64,000 nucleotides of DNA, from contig CAVRCJ010000005.1 in the NCBI GenBank assembly GCA_963719515.1, forward strand, positions 227,948 through 291,947. Reading direction: 5' to 3'. The position numbers and the translations under genes were made by a program. The notes beneath the pieces are model-generated. The model was not told where the DNA came from and searched no databases. It saw only the letters and a program-made list of their open reading frames with translations. Positions 19,212 through 30,239 of the stretch are shown here, one piece after another (within the stretch, counting starts at the first letter, position 1; each line of letters begins with the position of its first letter). The DNA is from an uncultured cyanobacterium. Its GTDB lineage: Bacteria > Cyanobacteriota > Cyanobacteriia > CAKZMO01.

Positions 19212-21302
19212 ATGAAAGACCTCACCCGTTATCGAAATATTGGCATCTTCGCCCATGTGGACGCTGGTAAAACCACTACTACCGAGCGGATCTTGAAGCT
19301 CACCGGCAAGATCCACAAAATCGGTGAGGTGCATGAGGGAGCGGCAACAACTGACTTCATGGAGCAAGAGCAAGAGCGCGGCATTACGATTCAGTCCGCC
19401 GCCACCTCCTGCTTCTGGAACGACCACCAGCTCAACATCATTGACACCCCCGGACACGTAGACTTCACCATCGAGGTATACCGCTCTTTGAAGGTGCTAG
19501 ACGGCGGCGTCGGCGTCTTCTGTGGATCTGGCGGCGTAGAGCCTCAGTCTGAAACCAACTGGCGCTACGCCAACGACTCTAAGGTCGCCCGCATTATCTA
19601 CGTCAACAAGCTCGACCGCATCGGTGCGGACTTCTTCCGCGTGGTAAAGCAGGTGGACGAAGTGCTAGCGGCGAAGCCCATGGTGATGGTGCTGCCCATT
19701 GGCACCGAGGACGACTTTTCGGGCGTAGTGGACCTGTTAACCCGCAAAGCCTGGGTGTGGGACGACTCCGGCGACCCCTTGAACTATGAGATCAAGGACG
19801 TTCCCGAGGATATGAAGGACGACGTCGAAGTCTACCGCACCGAGCTAATCGAGCTGGCGGTGGAGCAGGACGACGACATGATGGAGAAGTACCTCGAAGG
19901 CGAGGAGCTATCCATTGACGAGATCAAGAAGTGCATTCGTAAGGGCACCCGCGATCTGGCCTTCTTCCCCACCTACTGTGGCTCTTCCTTCAAAAACAAG
20001 GGTGTGCAGCTGGTGCTAGACGCCGTTGTGGATTATCTCCCCAACCCTAAAGAAGTGAAGCCTCAGCCTGAGGTGGACCTAGAGGGCAATGAGACCGGCG
20101 AATTCGCCATCGTTGACCCCGATGCGCCCATGCGAGCGCTGGCGTTCAAAATTATGGACGATAAGTACGGGGCGCTCACCTTTACGCGCCTGTACTCCGG
20201 CACCATCTCCAAGGGCGACACGGTGCTCAACACCGCCACCGGCAAGAGCGAGCGCATCAGCCGCCTCGTGGAAATGCACGCCAACTCTCGGGAAGAAGTT
20301 GATTCAGCTCAGGCGGGCGACATTATCGCCATCGTCGGCATGAAAAACGTGCAGACGGGCCATACCCTTTGCGACCCCAAGAAACCGGCAACCCTAGAGC
20401 CGATGATCTTCCCTGATCCGGTGATCTCCGTTTCCGTAACGCCCAAGAAAAAGGGCGACAACGAGAAAATGGGCATGGCCCTCAGCAAGATGGTTCAGGA
20501 AGACCCCTCCTTCTACGTGGAGACGGACCAGGAGAGCGGTGAGACCATCATCAAGGGTATGGGGGAGCTGCACCTAGACATCAAGGTGGACATCCTCAAG
20601 CGCACCCACGGCGTGGAAGTGCAGATGGGTAAGCCCCAGGTGGCCTACCGCGAATCGATCACAAAGCAGATTCAAGACAGCTACACCCACAAGAAGCAGT
20701 CCGGTGGTTCAGGTCAGTACGCCAAGATTGACTACATGATTGAGCCTAACGAGCAGGGTGAGGGCTTCGCCTTTGAATCTAAGGTGACCGGCGGTAACGT
20801 CCCTCGGGAATACTGGCCTGCAGTCCAAAAAGGCTTCGAGACCAGCATCGACAAGGGGCCGCTGGCGGGCTTCCCCATGGTGGACATGAAGGTGACCCTG
20901 AACGACGGCGGCTTCCACGCCGTAGACTCCTCGGCTATTGCCTTTGAGATTGCTGCCAAGGCGGCCTACCGGCAGACGGTGCCCAAAGCCGGTCTGCAGC
21001 TGCTAGAGCCGATCATGAACGTGGATGTGTTTACCCCTGACGATTACCTGGGTGACGTCATCGGCGACCTCAACCGCCGCCGGGGCCTGATCAAGTCTCA
21101 GGACACCGGCCCCATGGGTGCCCGCATCAAGGCAGACGTGCCCTTGAGCGAGATGTTTGGCTACATCGGTGACCTGCGCACCATGACCTCAGGTCGTGGT
21201 CAGTTCTCGATGGCTTTTGGTCACTATGCGCCTTGCCCCAGCAATGTGGCAGAGGACGTAATCAAGGAAGCTAAGGAGCGTCAGGCGGTCGCTGCCGGCT
21301 AA
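19212..21302 (+). CDS. fusA: Elongation factor G (stand-alone paralog outside the str operon)
   Basis: [84 protein letters not shown] at 19212; no rpsL/rpsG/tuf neighbours. Confidence 0.95.
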   Translation: MKDLTRYRNIGIFAHVDAGKTTTTERILKLTGKIHKIGEVHEGAATTDFMEQEQERGITIQSAATSCFWNDHQLNIIDTPGHVDFTIEVYRSLKVLDGGVGVFCGSGGVEPQSETNWRYANDSKVARIIYVNKLDRIGADFFRVVKQVDEVLAAKPMVMVLPIGTEDDFSGVVDLLTRKAWVWDDSGDPLNYEIKDVPEDMKDDVEVYRTELIELAVEQDDDMMEKYLEGEELSIDEIKKCIRKGTRDLAFFPTYCGSSFKNKGVQLVLDAVVDYLPNPKEVKPQPEVDLEGNETGEFAIVDPDAPMRALAFKIMDDKYGALTFTRLYSGTISKGDTVLNTATGKSERISRLVEMHANSREEVDSAQAGDIIAIVGMKNVQTGHTLCDPKKPATLEPMIFPDPVISVSVTPKKKGDNEKMGMALSKMVQEDPSFYVETDQESGETIIKGMGELHLDIKVDILKRTHGVEVQMGKPQVAYRESITKQIQDSYTHKKQSGGSGQYAKIDYMIEPNEQGEGFAFESKVTGGNVPREYWPAVQKGFETSIDKGPLAGFPMVDMKVTLNDGGFHAVDSSAIAFEIAAKAAYRQTVPKAGLQLLEPIMNVDVFTPDDYLGDVIGDLNRRRGLIKSQDTGPMGARIKADVPLSEMFGYIGDLRTMTSGRGQFSMAFGHYAPCPSNVAEDVIKEAKERQAVAAG

Positions 21303-21333
21303 CGGCAATGATTCGCTGAAGCAATAGCTCGCT

Positions 21334-21380
21334 AAAACAAACGAGGTGTGGCACCTAGAGCACCACACCTCGTTTGTTTT
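21334..21380. terminator. Bidirectional intrinsic terminator between convergent fusA and GrpB-family gene
   Basis: Perfect 18-bp inverted repeat AAAACAAACGAGGTGTGG / CCACACCTCGTTTGTTTT with 11-nt loop; T-rich tails on both strands. Confidence 0.85.
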
Positions 21381-21428
21381 GACGCTAGACGATCCCATTC
21401 GCAAAAAGTAGTTTTCTGTATCCAGCGC

Positions 21429-22016
21429 TCATCTTGAATCCTGGCGCAAGGCGGCGGCTTGTCTAGCTTTTTGCATGACCGACTCTATATATACCGTTTT
21501 GCCCGCCGTGTACGCCTCGCGATCGCTTGAAAATCGCTGCGCTAGGCAACGCTTCAGCTGCGCATACCGCGACGCTTCATCCGGGTGCTTCCGCAGATAG
21601 TCCCTAAACATTAGGCGCTCCCACAGGGCGCTATCTGCCGCCACGATATGAACGTGATGCGTGCGCGGGCCGTTGGGAGGCAGCCCGCGCACGAAGAACA
21701 TCCGCTGTGGGTCAGGATTTTCCTTCCAGTAGGCATAACCTAGCTTTTCTAGCGGAGAGACGGCCGTTTGCTTTGCCCGTTGCAGACAGCAAACCCCAAC
21801 TAAGAGATCGATGATAGGTTTGGCGGCCAAGCCGGGTACTGCAGTACTTCCAAAGTGCTCAATACGAGTCACAAGGCCTTCTTCTGCCGTTGTCAAAAGA
21901 CGCGAAGCTTCCTGCTCAAACAGCGCTGGCCAGCTGGGGTCGTAATCGCTGATTAGAACGTTGTCCACTGGTCTCTCTTTAGCAAGACGATTGCCAAGTG
22001 TCCTCTGGGTAATCAC
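21429..22016 (-). CDS. GrpB family nucleotidyltransferase-like protein
   Basis: DYDPSWPALFEQE, IEHFGSTAVPGLAAKPIIDL, RTHHVHI, FRDYLR, YTAGKT; true start may be GTG near 21968. Confidence 0.9.
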   Translation of the reverse strand: MITQRTLGNRLAKERPVDNVLISDYDPSWPALFEQEASRLLTTAEEGLVTRIEHFGSTAVPGLAAKPIIDLLVGVCCLQRAKQTAVSPLEKLGYAYWKENPDPQRMFFVRGLPPNGPRTHHVHIVAADSALWERLMFRDYLRKHPDEASRYAQLKRCLAQRFSSDREAYTAGKTVYIESVMQKARQAAALRQDSR

Positions 22017-22143
22017 CTACTTTCCTCAGGTCGTAGCTTGGAAAACTCGAGAACTCAGCCACAGGCCGAACGCCCCTTTCAAATTAGCCCGTTTTGTCCT
22101 GATAACGGCATGAATTAGCGTATCTATTGGCGTCTCTATGTAG

Positions 22144-23686
22144 ATGCTGTTTATGTCACATCCTTTGAAGACCGGTGGCTTGCTGACGACGGCTTTCCTT
22201 TCTTGGAGTGCCCTTGACGTCGTCTCTCCCCACCCGGTGCGCGCTCAGCCCAATCCCCCCGCACCCTCTGTACAGCCTCTTCCCATTGTCCCAGCGATCG
22301 CACCTCAGGCGATCGCCCCCCTCCCCTCGCCGCTGCCGCAGGTTCCCGGACGAGACTACATTCCGTTCACGCCGGTTAGCGCCCTGGTGCTCGATGTTGC
22401 CCCTACAGCCGCGCCCGCCGCTGGCGAAATTGCCGGAATCGAAATTGAGGTAATCCCCTTTTCTGAAGCTGCTGAAAGCTCCGGGGTTGACCGAAGGGAA
22501 TGGGAGGCGAGTACGGTGTCTTTGAACATCGACAGGCCCAGCAGCCTACCGATGGTTGAGCGGATTCGTTCTGTAGACGAAAGCGACTCTGGAGAGGGTG
22601 AGTATGAGCACAGCACGGTTTTGGCTGGCGAAGCAGGCCACGGCGAAGCAGGCCATGGCGAAGCAGATCGCGGCGAAACAGGTCATGGCGAAGTGGGCCA
22701 CGGTGAGGTGGCCCAGCGAGACAAGCCACGGTGAGGTAGGCCACGGTGAGATAGGCCACAGCGACGCAGCGGCCAGCAAAAAATCTGAGCTTTTAACGCT
22801 TGCCGGTGGGACGGTAGCACCGCCCGAGACCCGAGGCTGGTTCGATCGCCAGATGGCTGAGACCGCGGCCCGCCAGAAGTCCCAGCGGGAGGCCCAGCTG
22901 CGGGAGAATTTGATTGGCTCGGTGCGGCAGCATGTCGCGCAAAACAATATCACAGCGGCGCAGCAAATTGCCCAAAACCCCGTTTTTCTAGATGCGGAAC
23001 GGACGGCCCTGCAGCAGGCGATCGCTTCTGCCCCAAGGGTTAGCACCCCTGCCAGCAGCGAGCCGACAACTGAGCTAGCTCAAGACGTCGCGAGACTAGC
23101 GGCCCGGCAGGCTTGGCTCTTAGAGCGGTTGCCTGCGATCGCGACGCCTAGCTGCGAGCCTGAATCCGCGCCTGGCGCGGCAGGCCCGTCACTCCCTGGC
23201 TGCGCCGTCCAGCGGGTTGAGTCAAACTACGGGTGGCTGATTGAAGCGGCAAATCGGGCGTCCTATCCCGCTCTTGACTTCTCAGGATCTCTCCCGCTAG
23301 CGGCTGCAGCGCCCGTCACCTCCCGGTATGGCTGGCGCGTCCATCCTATCTATGGCAATCGACGCTTTCACGCTGGGGTGGACTTCGGCGCTCCGTTGGG
23401 AACGCCGGTGCATGCTTCCTTGTCGGGCTATGTCGAGACGAGCGAATACCTAGAAGGCTATGGCTTTACCGTCGTCTTGGAGAACGCCTCAGCCAGAGAG
23501 CGCCACCTATACGCTCACCTCGCTGATCTAGGGGTGCGGGCAGGGCAGTGGGTTGAGCAGGGACAGGTCGTTGGCTGGGTAGGAACGACCGGCAACTCCA
23601 CGGGTCCTCATCTACATTTTGAGATTCATCGCTTAAACCAAGACGGTTGGGCAACCGTCGATCCTCTGTCTGTAGCGTCGCAGTAG
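22144..23686 (+). CDS. M23 family metallopeptidase with signal peptide; apparent frameshift near 22710
   Basis: ORF 22144-22734 (signal peptide, Pro-rich) and ORF 22598-23686 (VTSRYGWRVHP, HAGVD, YAHL, GNSTGPHLHFE) join if 2 nt are restored to one 13-nt unit of a 15-nt repeat array. Confidence 0.8.
22627..22759 (+). repeat. 15-nt tandem repeat (about 9 units) encoding GE(A/V/T/I)GH pentapeptides
   Basis: ggcgaagcaggccac / ggcgaagcaggccat / ggcgaagcagatcgc / ggcgaaacaggtcat / ggcgaagtgggccac / ggtgaggtggccc (13 nt) / agcgagacaagccac / ggtgaggtaggccac / ggtgagataggccac. Confidence 0.9.
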
Positions 23687-23832
23687 AGGGCGAGGGTCGG
23701 AGCGCAAGCGTTGGCTTCCGGTGGCCACTTTCGGTCGATGGGCGAATACCAGGACCGGGGTTGGGTATGCTATGGTCGATCCTAGTCATTGTGGGTCGAA
23801 ACCTATCCCGGTTTGGTGGACATCGAGGCGTT

Positions 23833-24501
23833 GTGGACCAAAATCGTCCTGATAAAGCAGCAAATAACTCCCTGAAGCAGAAGCGAATAGAGGCGGAGCG
23901 CATGCGAGACGTGCTGCTTTTGCTGGAAGATCTATTTCGGGCTCAAGAGTCGACTATCAAGCTCATTTTTGACCGTCTGTACGATGTGGGTTCAGTCCAC
24001 CTAATAGACCAGAAGCTCTCTTCCCGCCTCCTCAACCGATTGACCCGGGCGATCGCTCCTGGAGCAAAGCCTGTTTTTCGAATCGTTGGGTACCTTTGGT
24101 TTAGAAATAAATGCCCAAAGCTAATTGCGAACTGGCTCTATAAAAAGGTGGCGTCGGGTCAATCGCTACCGACCCTAATTCAAGAGCTAGAAGAGGCCGA
24201 GCTCATAGCATTGACCCAGGTGTCGTCCCCTCCGCTACCGCCGGTGCTTCAGCCCGCGAGGCAGCAATCCGACCTGGTGGTTGTCGCTCAATCTAGCCAA
24301 GAGATTCGCAAGCTGCGATCGCAGGTGCAGTTTCTGCTGGGAGCGCTCGCGGGAACCGTCATGCTGCTGGGCAGCACGACGCTGTGGCTGATGCGCGATT
24401 CGACCCCACTGCTGCTGAGGCCGATTAACCCCGCTACGGCCTGCCTCGGCGAGGGCGGCTGTCGCGAAGCGCCAGTCGAAGCAAAATCGGCTTTAGAATA
24501 A
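23833..24501 (+). CDS. Conserved cyanobacterial hypothetical with C-terminal TM helix
   Basis: MRDVLLLL...LYDVGSV.LIDQK...KCPKLIANWLYKKV pattern; start (GTG 23833) is an estimate within ORF 23647-24501. Confidence 0.7.
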   Translation: MDQNRPDKAANNSLKQKRIEAERMRDVLLLLEDLFRAQESTIKLIFDRLYDVGSVHLIDQKLSSRLLNRLTRAIAPGAKPVFRIVGYLWFRNKCPKLIANWLYKKVASGQSLPTLIQELEEAELIALTQVSSPPLPPVLQPARQQSDLVVVAQSSQEIRKLRSQVQFLLGALAGTVMLLGSTTLWLMRDSTPLLLRPINPATACLGEGGCREAPVEAKSALE

Positions 24502-24538
24502 AACCGATAGCCCCTCTTTCACCCCCGCATAAGCCATC

Positions 24539-25927
24539 ATGTCATCCCTGTCGCTCCCTGCCGCAGTCACGGCCCCCCTCCCGGTGACTCTGAGACGTCG
24601 CCGGGAGCGCTTAGCTCAGCGGTGCGACTATCCTGTTGCCCTATGGTCGGGCTGCTCCCCCGCACGCAATTTTCCCGCCAACCGCTATTCCTTCCGCGCC
24701 AGCAGCCACTTTCTCTATTTTGCGGGGCTGCCGCTGCAGGATGCCGTTGTTTACATAGACAGCGGCAAACTTCATCTGTTTATGGATGATGCTTTGCCAG
24801 ACAGTGCGCTCTGGCACGGCGTAGCCCCCACCAGAGAGGCGATCGCCGCCACCATCGGCGCGGACGACGCCTCCCCAATCGCAGCCCTGCCGCCGTACCT
24901 TCAAAAACAGGACCGTATAGCTACCCTCCGGCCGGGGGGACAAATGCGGCCTGAGCAAGCGATCGCCCTCGGTCGTTCAGGAATAGATCCCACACCAGCA
25001 GACCAAGCCCTTGCCGAGGCCGTGGTGCAGCTGCGGCTGATTCATGACGAGCAGGCGATCAGCGAACTGCAGCGGGCGGCGGCAGTGACCCTGGAAGCCC
25101 ACCGAGCGGGGATGGCCCACACGCGAGGAGCGGCCCGGGAAGCGGACGTACGCAGCGCCATGGAGGGAGTAATTTTGCGCCACGACATGACCCCGGCCTA
25201 CAACAGCATCGTCACGGTGCAGGGGGAGGTGCTGCACAACGAGCGCTACCACAACGCTTTGTCGGACGGTGATTTACTGCTGGCGGATGTGGGGGCAGAA
25301 ACTGAGCTGGGCTGGGCCTCGGATGTGACGCGCACCTGGCCCGTTTCGGGGCAATTCTCAACGGCGCAGCGACAGATCTACGAGGTGGTGCTGGCCGCCC
25401 ACGATGGGGCGATTGCGGCCCTGAAGCCGGGTGTGGAATACCGAGAGCTCCACTGGCGGGCCTGCCGCATTTTGACTGAGGGGCTGGTCAGCTTGGGCAT
25501 TTTAGCGGGCGACGTCGAGGATTTGCTAGCGCAAGATGCCCATGCGCTGTTTTTTCCCCACGGCGTCGGCCACCTGCTGGGGCTAGACGTCCACGACATG
25601 GAGGACCTAGGCGATGTGGCGGGGTATGCGGCGGGGCGCAGGCGCAGCCCGAGGTTTGGCCTGGGCTATTTGCGGCTCGATCGCCCGCTGCAGGCAGGCA
25701 TGGTGGTCACCATCGAGCCGGGATTCTACCAGGTGCCCGCAATCTTAAACGACCCGGAGCGGCGATCGCGCTACGCAGGGCAGGTGAACTGGACACGGCT
25801 AGCGCAGTTCGCCGACGTTCGAGGCATCCGCATCGAGAACGACGTGCTGGTAACGGCGGCAGGCCCCGAAGTACTGACGGCTGCCTTGCCCACGGAAGCA
25901 GCGGCCATTGAGGCTTTGGTGGGCTAA
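24539..25927 (+). CDS. pepP: Xaa-Pro aminopeptidase (M24B)
   Basis: FRASSHFLYFAG, VLHN, LLLADVG, ASDVTRTWP, HGVGHLLGLDVHD, TIEPGFY, GIRIENDV. Confidence 0.9.
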   Translation: MSSLSLPAAVTAPLPVTLRRRRERLAQRCDYPVALWSGCSPARNFPANRYSFRASSHFLYFAGLPLQDAVVYIDSGKLHLFMDDALPDSALWHGVAPTREAIAATIGADDASPIAALPPYLQKQDRIATLRPGGQMRPEQAIALGRSGIDPTPADQALAEAVVQLRLIHDEQAISELQRAAAVTLEAHRAGMAHTRGAAREADVRSAMEGVILRHDMTPAYNSIVTVQGEVLHNERYHNALSDGDLLLADVGAETELGWASDVTRTWPVSGQFSTAQRQIYEVVLAAHDGAIAALKPGVEYRELHWRACRILTEGLVSLGILAGDVEDLLAQDAHALFFPHGVGHLLGLDVHDMEDLGDVAGYAAGRRRSPRFGLGYLRLDRPLQAGMVVTIEPGFYQVPAILNDPERRSRYAGQVNWTRLAQFADVRGIRIENDVLVTAAGPEVLTAALPTEAAAIEALVG

Positions 25928-26274
25928 CTGTAGCGAACTTTGGCAGCGGTCATACTTGTCTTATGTCACCTCCAAACGTCAATTCCTTTGGGAGGCAATC
26001 GGTCCTACTGCCGTAAAGATGGTCGCTGCGGCGCGGCGGCGGACAGAGCTTGGGCGCGGCGGAATTAAGGCCGGGTCGCAATCCGCCCATCCGGTCGGCG
26101 GCCTATGCCGGATGGACACTATTATAGAGAGAAGACTATTGCATTGGTTCAGTTGCTTAGGACAGCAGAATTGGCTGAAAGCCTGACGTTGCGTAGGCAA
26201 CTGAACGCGCAAATGTCCTAATGCATTGGGACATTTGCTATATCTAAACACCAGCGACCCCTCCCTAGCGCGGC

Positions 26275-28907
26275 ATGGCAGACCTCACGTTCCCCAATCT
26301 CTCCGGCAACAAAATTCGTCAAACGTTCCTGGACTTCTACGCCGATCGCGGGCATAGAATTTTGCCCAGCGCCTCTTTGGTGCCGGAAGACCCCACCGTG
26401 CTGCTCACTATCGCCGGCATGCTGCCCTTCAAGCCCATCTTTTTGGGTCAGCGCAAAGCTGAAGTAGACCGGGCCACCACCTCGCAAAAATGCATCCGCA
26501 CCAACGACATCGAAAACGTAGGGCGCACCGCCCGGCACCACACCTTTTTCGAGATGCTGGGGAACTTCAGCTTTGGGGACTACTTTAAAGAGCAGGCGAT
26601 CGCCTGGGCCTGGGAGCTATCGACCAAAGTATTTGAGCTGCCCCCCGAGCGGCTGGTGGTGAGCGTCTTCCGCGAAGACGATGAGGCCTTTGATCTCTGG
26701 CGCGACAAAATCGGCATTCCCGCCCACCGCATTCAGCGTATGGACGAGGCGGATAACTTTTGGGTGTCGGGGGAGACCGGCCCCTGTGGCCCCTGCTCAG
26801 AAATTTACTACGACTTTCACCCCGAGCTAGGGGATAAAAATATTGACCTCGAAGACGACAGCCGCTTCATCGAGTTCTATAACCTGGTGTTTATGCAGTA
26901 CAACCGGGATGCCGCCGGGGAGCTGACGCCGCTCAAAAAGCAAAACATCGATACGGGTCTGGGGCTAGAGCGCATGGCGCAGATTTTACAGCGCAAGCCC
27001 AATAACTACGAAACCGATCTGATCTTTCCCATCATTACGGCGGTGGAGAAGATTGCCGGGGTGAGCTACGCCGAGGCCGATGAGTCCGCCAAAGTTTCCC
27101 TCAAGGTCGTCGGCGACCACACCCGCGCCGTCACCCACCTGATCGCCGACGGCGTCCGCGTCTCCAACACCGATCGCGGCTACGTGCTGCGGCGGCTGAT
27201 TCGCCGGGTGGTGCGTCACGGGCGGCTGCTGGGCATCCAAAAGCCGTTTATTACGGCGTGGCAGAGGCAGCGATCGCCCTCATGGAAGAAAACTATCCCA
27301 ACCTGCGGGAGCAGGCCGCCGCCATCACCGTAGAGCTAGAGCGAGAAGAGCTGCGCTTTTTGGAGACCCTAGAGCGGGGGGAAAAGCTGCTGGCGGATAT
27401 CCTGGCTAAGTCTCCCCAGCAGATCTCCGGCACCGACGCCTTTACGCTGTACGACACCTACGGTTTCCCCCTGGAGCTCACTCAGGAGGTGGCTGAAGAG
27501 CAGGGCATCACCGTGGACATTGCGGGATTCACCACCGCCATGGAGCAGCAGCGGCTCAGGGCCCGCGACGCCCACCAGAGCATTGACCTGACGGCGAGAG
27601 GCGGGCTAGAGAAGCTCAGCGGCACCGTCGACGCCACGAGATTCCTGGGCTACAGCGACCACCAGACGGCGGCGGCGGTGCAGGCGCTGCTGGTAGCGGG
27701 GGAGTCGGTGGAGACCGTGAAGACGGGCGACGTGAGCGTTGTGCTCAACGAGACCCCTTTCTACGCGGAGGGCGGCGGCCAAATCGGCGATCGCGGCTAT
27801 CTCTCGGGGGACAACCTGCTGATGCGGGTGACAGACGTGCGCAAGGAGTCGGACGTCTTTGTTCACCTTGGCCACATCGAGCGGGGTAGCCTCACCGTAG
27901 GCGATAAGGTCACCGCGCAAATCGACCGCGCCTGCCGCCGCCGCGCCCAGGCCAACCACACCGCCACCCATTTGCTGCAGGCGGCCCTCAAAAAGCTGGT
28001 GGACGCCTCCGTGGCCCAAGCGGGCTCCTTGGTAAACTTTGACCGGCTGCGGTTTGACTTCTCTTGCCCCCGCGCCCTCACCCCTGACGAGGTGGCCGAG
28101 GTAGAGGCGCAGGTGAACACCTGGATCGCCGAGGCCCACGGCGCGGATGTGTCCGTCATGTCTTTAGACGACGCCAAGGCGCGAGGGGCGACGGCCATGT
28201 TTGGCGAGAAGTACTCTGACGAAGTGCGGGTGATCGACTTCCCCGGCGTCTCCATGGAGCTGTGCGGCGGCACCCACGTTGGCAACACCGCCGAAATTGG
28301 CGTCTTCAAAATCATCTCTGAAACCGGCATCTCCTCCGGGGTGCGCCGCATTGAGGCGGTGGCGGGTCCGGCGGTGCTGGACTACTTGAACCAAAGGGAA
28401 GTGGTGGTAAAGGAGCTGGGCGATCGCTTCAAGGCCAAGCCCGAGGAAATCGTGGGCCGGGTGACGACGCTGCAGGACGAGCTGAAGGACACCCAGAAGG
28501 CAATGGCGGCCCTGAAGGGAGAGCTGGCGGCGGTGAAGTCGGATCAGCTGGTGGATGAGGCTCAGTCCGTAGGTGGCTACGCCGTACTAGTCTCCAACCT
28601 GGGCGAGCTAGACGCCAAGTCTCTGCAGACTGCGGCGGAACGGCTGCAGCAAAAGCTGGGGGACGGCGCAGCAGTGGTGCTGGCAGGGCTGCCCGAGGAG
28701 GGCAAAGTGAGCCTAGTAGCGGCGTTTGGCCCGCAGGTGAATAAGGCGGGGCTACAGGCCGGAAAGTTCATCGGCGGCATTGCGAAAATTTGCGGCGGGG
28801 GGGGCGGCGGTCGCCCGAATCTGGCCCAGGCCGGAGGGCGCGATGCCAGTAAACTACCCGAGGCGCTGGAGACAGCTCTGGCGCAGCTGAGGGAAAAGCT
28901 GGGGTAG
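26275..28907 (+). CDS. alaS: Alanine--tRNA ligase; apparent 1-nt deletion near 27258
   Basis: [39 protein letters not shown] in the first [42 protein letters not shown] in the second. Adding one G (acggcg[g]tggca) gives [14 protein letters not shown] and an 877-aa protein. Confidence 0.95.
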
Positions 28908-29335
28908 AGGGGGCAGGTCTATTGCGGGGCGCGAAGATCCATATCACTGCCGGAAATCCTGAGAGGGTTGCTTCAACAACTGCGATCGCCCTGACTCTTT
29001 GGCTGGCCCTATCCCTATCACCGGAAACCTCTTGCTAGCTTTGCCTGTAAAACCCACAAGCTGAAGCTAGAGCGCAGCGGAAGGGCTTGTTGTCATGTCA
29101 CCGAGCGGTGAAACCGGTGTAGGAGAGTTGGTACTGCCGGGATTTTTGCTCGATATGCCCCGCATTTGGGCCTGAATCTGCGACCTGAGGCCAATTTTTT
29201 ACGGTATCGCTCGCGGTATGGTGTTGGATGGGCAGACGGCGATCGCCGCGCTCTTTCTCTATACACCTCTGCCCCTATGGAGTCATTGCTTAGGGAGTTG
29301 TGTTTTCAGCAGACCCTAACCAAATTTTTAGCCTC

Positions 29336-30187
29336 ATGAAACAGCAGTACGCGCCTCTCGTGTTGATAGGCTACTGGCTTGGACCCGTTTTTATTATCAC
29401 TTGCCACGCTGGCGTCCTGTTGGCTCTCCTCTATCCCCTCTCGCTGGGCGCTTGGGCCTGGGTGATTTTCCTCTACGCCATTCGCATGTTGGCCATCACC
29501 GGCATCTACCACCGCCTTCTTACCCACAGGGCCTACAGCGCTCCGGCCTACGTCGGCTGGATCGGCAGCATCGTGGCCTGCTCTGCGGGGCAGATGGGGC
29601 CAAGCTGGTGGAAAGGGCACCATACGGATCATCATCAGTTTGTGGGCCAGCAGGGTGATCCTCACTCGGCAGCCGAAGGCTTTTCGTGGACCCAGTGGGG
29701 CTGGCTGCTGTCCCGAAACTTTTTGCCCTCCCGGCTGCCCGCCGACGTTGAGGGCGATCGCGTCATGAAGGCGATCGATCGCCTTCACTTTTTGCCTCTG
29801 CTGGGGCTAGCCGCACTATCATTCTGGGTGGGCGGCTTCGAATATTTGGGCGCATTCTTCATCAGCACAACGGCGCTGTTTCACGGAGTGGCCTTGGTGA
29901 ATTCGGTTTGCCATCGGTTTGGGGCGGTTCCCTTTCCGATGGGCGATTCCAGCACCAACAATGGCCTTGTCGCTTTCCTGACTTTAGGGGAAGGCTGGCA
30001 CAACGCTCACCACGCGCTCCCTTGGTCAGCCCGCCAGGGCATTACGGTGGTTGAAGGCGAGGTGAGGTACCTGCCCGACCCGACGTTTTGGTTTATTCAA
30101 GGCCTGCAAGAGCTAGGCCTTGCAACAAAGGTGCAGCTGCCGCTGAAAACCCAAGTTTTGAGCGCATCGGACGCGTCCCCCGGCTAG
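29336..30187 (+). CDS. Delta-9-type acyl-lipid fatty acid desaturase (DesC-like family)
   Basis: His boxes HRLLTH, HTDHH and GEGWHNAHH; VNSVCH; hydrophobic segments. ATG at 29336 (track start GTG 29300). Confidence 0.85.
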   Translation: MKQQYAPLVLIGYWLGPVFIITCHAGVLLALLYPLSLGAWAWVIFLYAIRMLAITGIYHRLLTHRAYSAPAYVGWIGSIVACSAGQMGPSWWKGHHTDHHQFVGQQGDPHSAAEGFSWTQWGWLLSRNFLPSRLPADVEGDRVMKAIDRLHFLPLLGLAALSFWVGGFEYLGAFFISTTALFHGVALVNSVCHRFGAVPFPMGDSSTNNGLVAFLTLGEGWHNAHHALPWSARQGITVVEGEVRYLPDPTFWFIQGLQELGLATKVQLPLKTQVLSASDASPG

Positions 30188-30239
30188 ACTGGTATTGAGA
30201 AAAACTGGGATTGAACTAGACCCGCGATGAGGGAAGCCC

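Noticed and set aside
26161..26192. GCAGAA..GAAA..GACG resembling c-di-GMP-I riboswitch P2
   Set aside because: P1, P3 and the junction nucleotides are not recognisable.
28908..29335. Short stems (CTAGCTT/AAGCTAG, CACCG/CGGTG) as 6S RNA, riboswitch or ribozyme
   Set aside because: No family consensus recognised, and stems this short are expected by chance.
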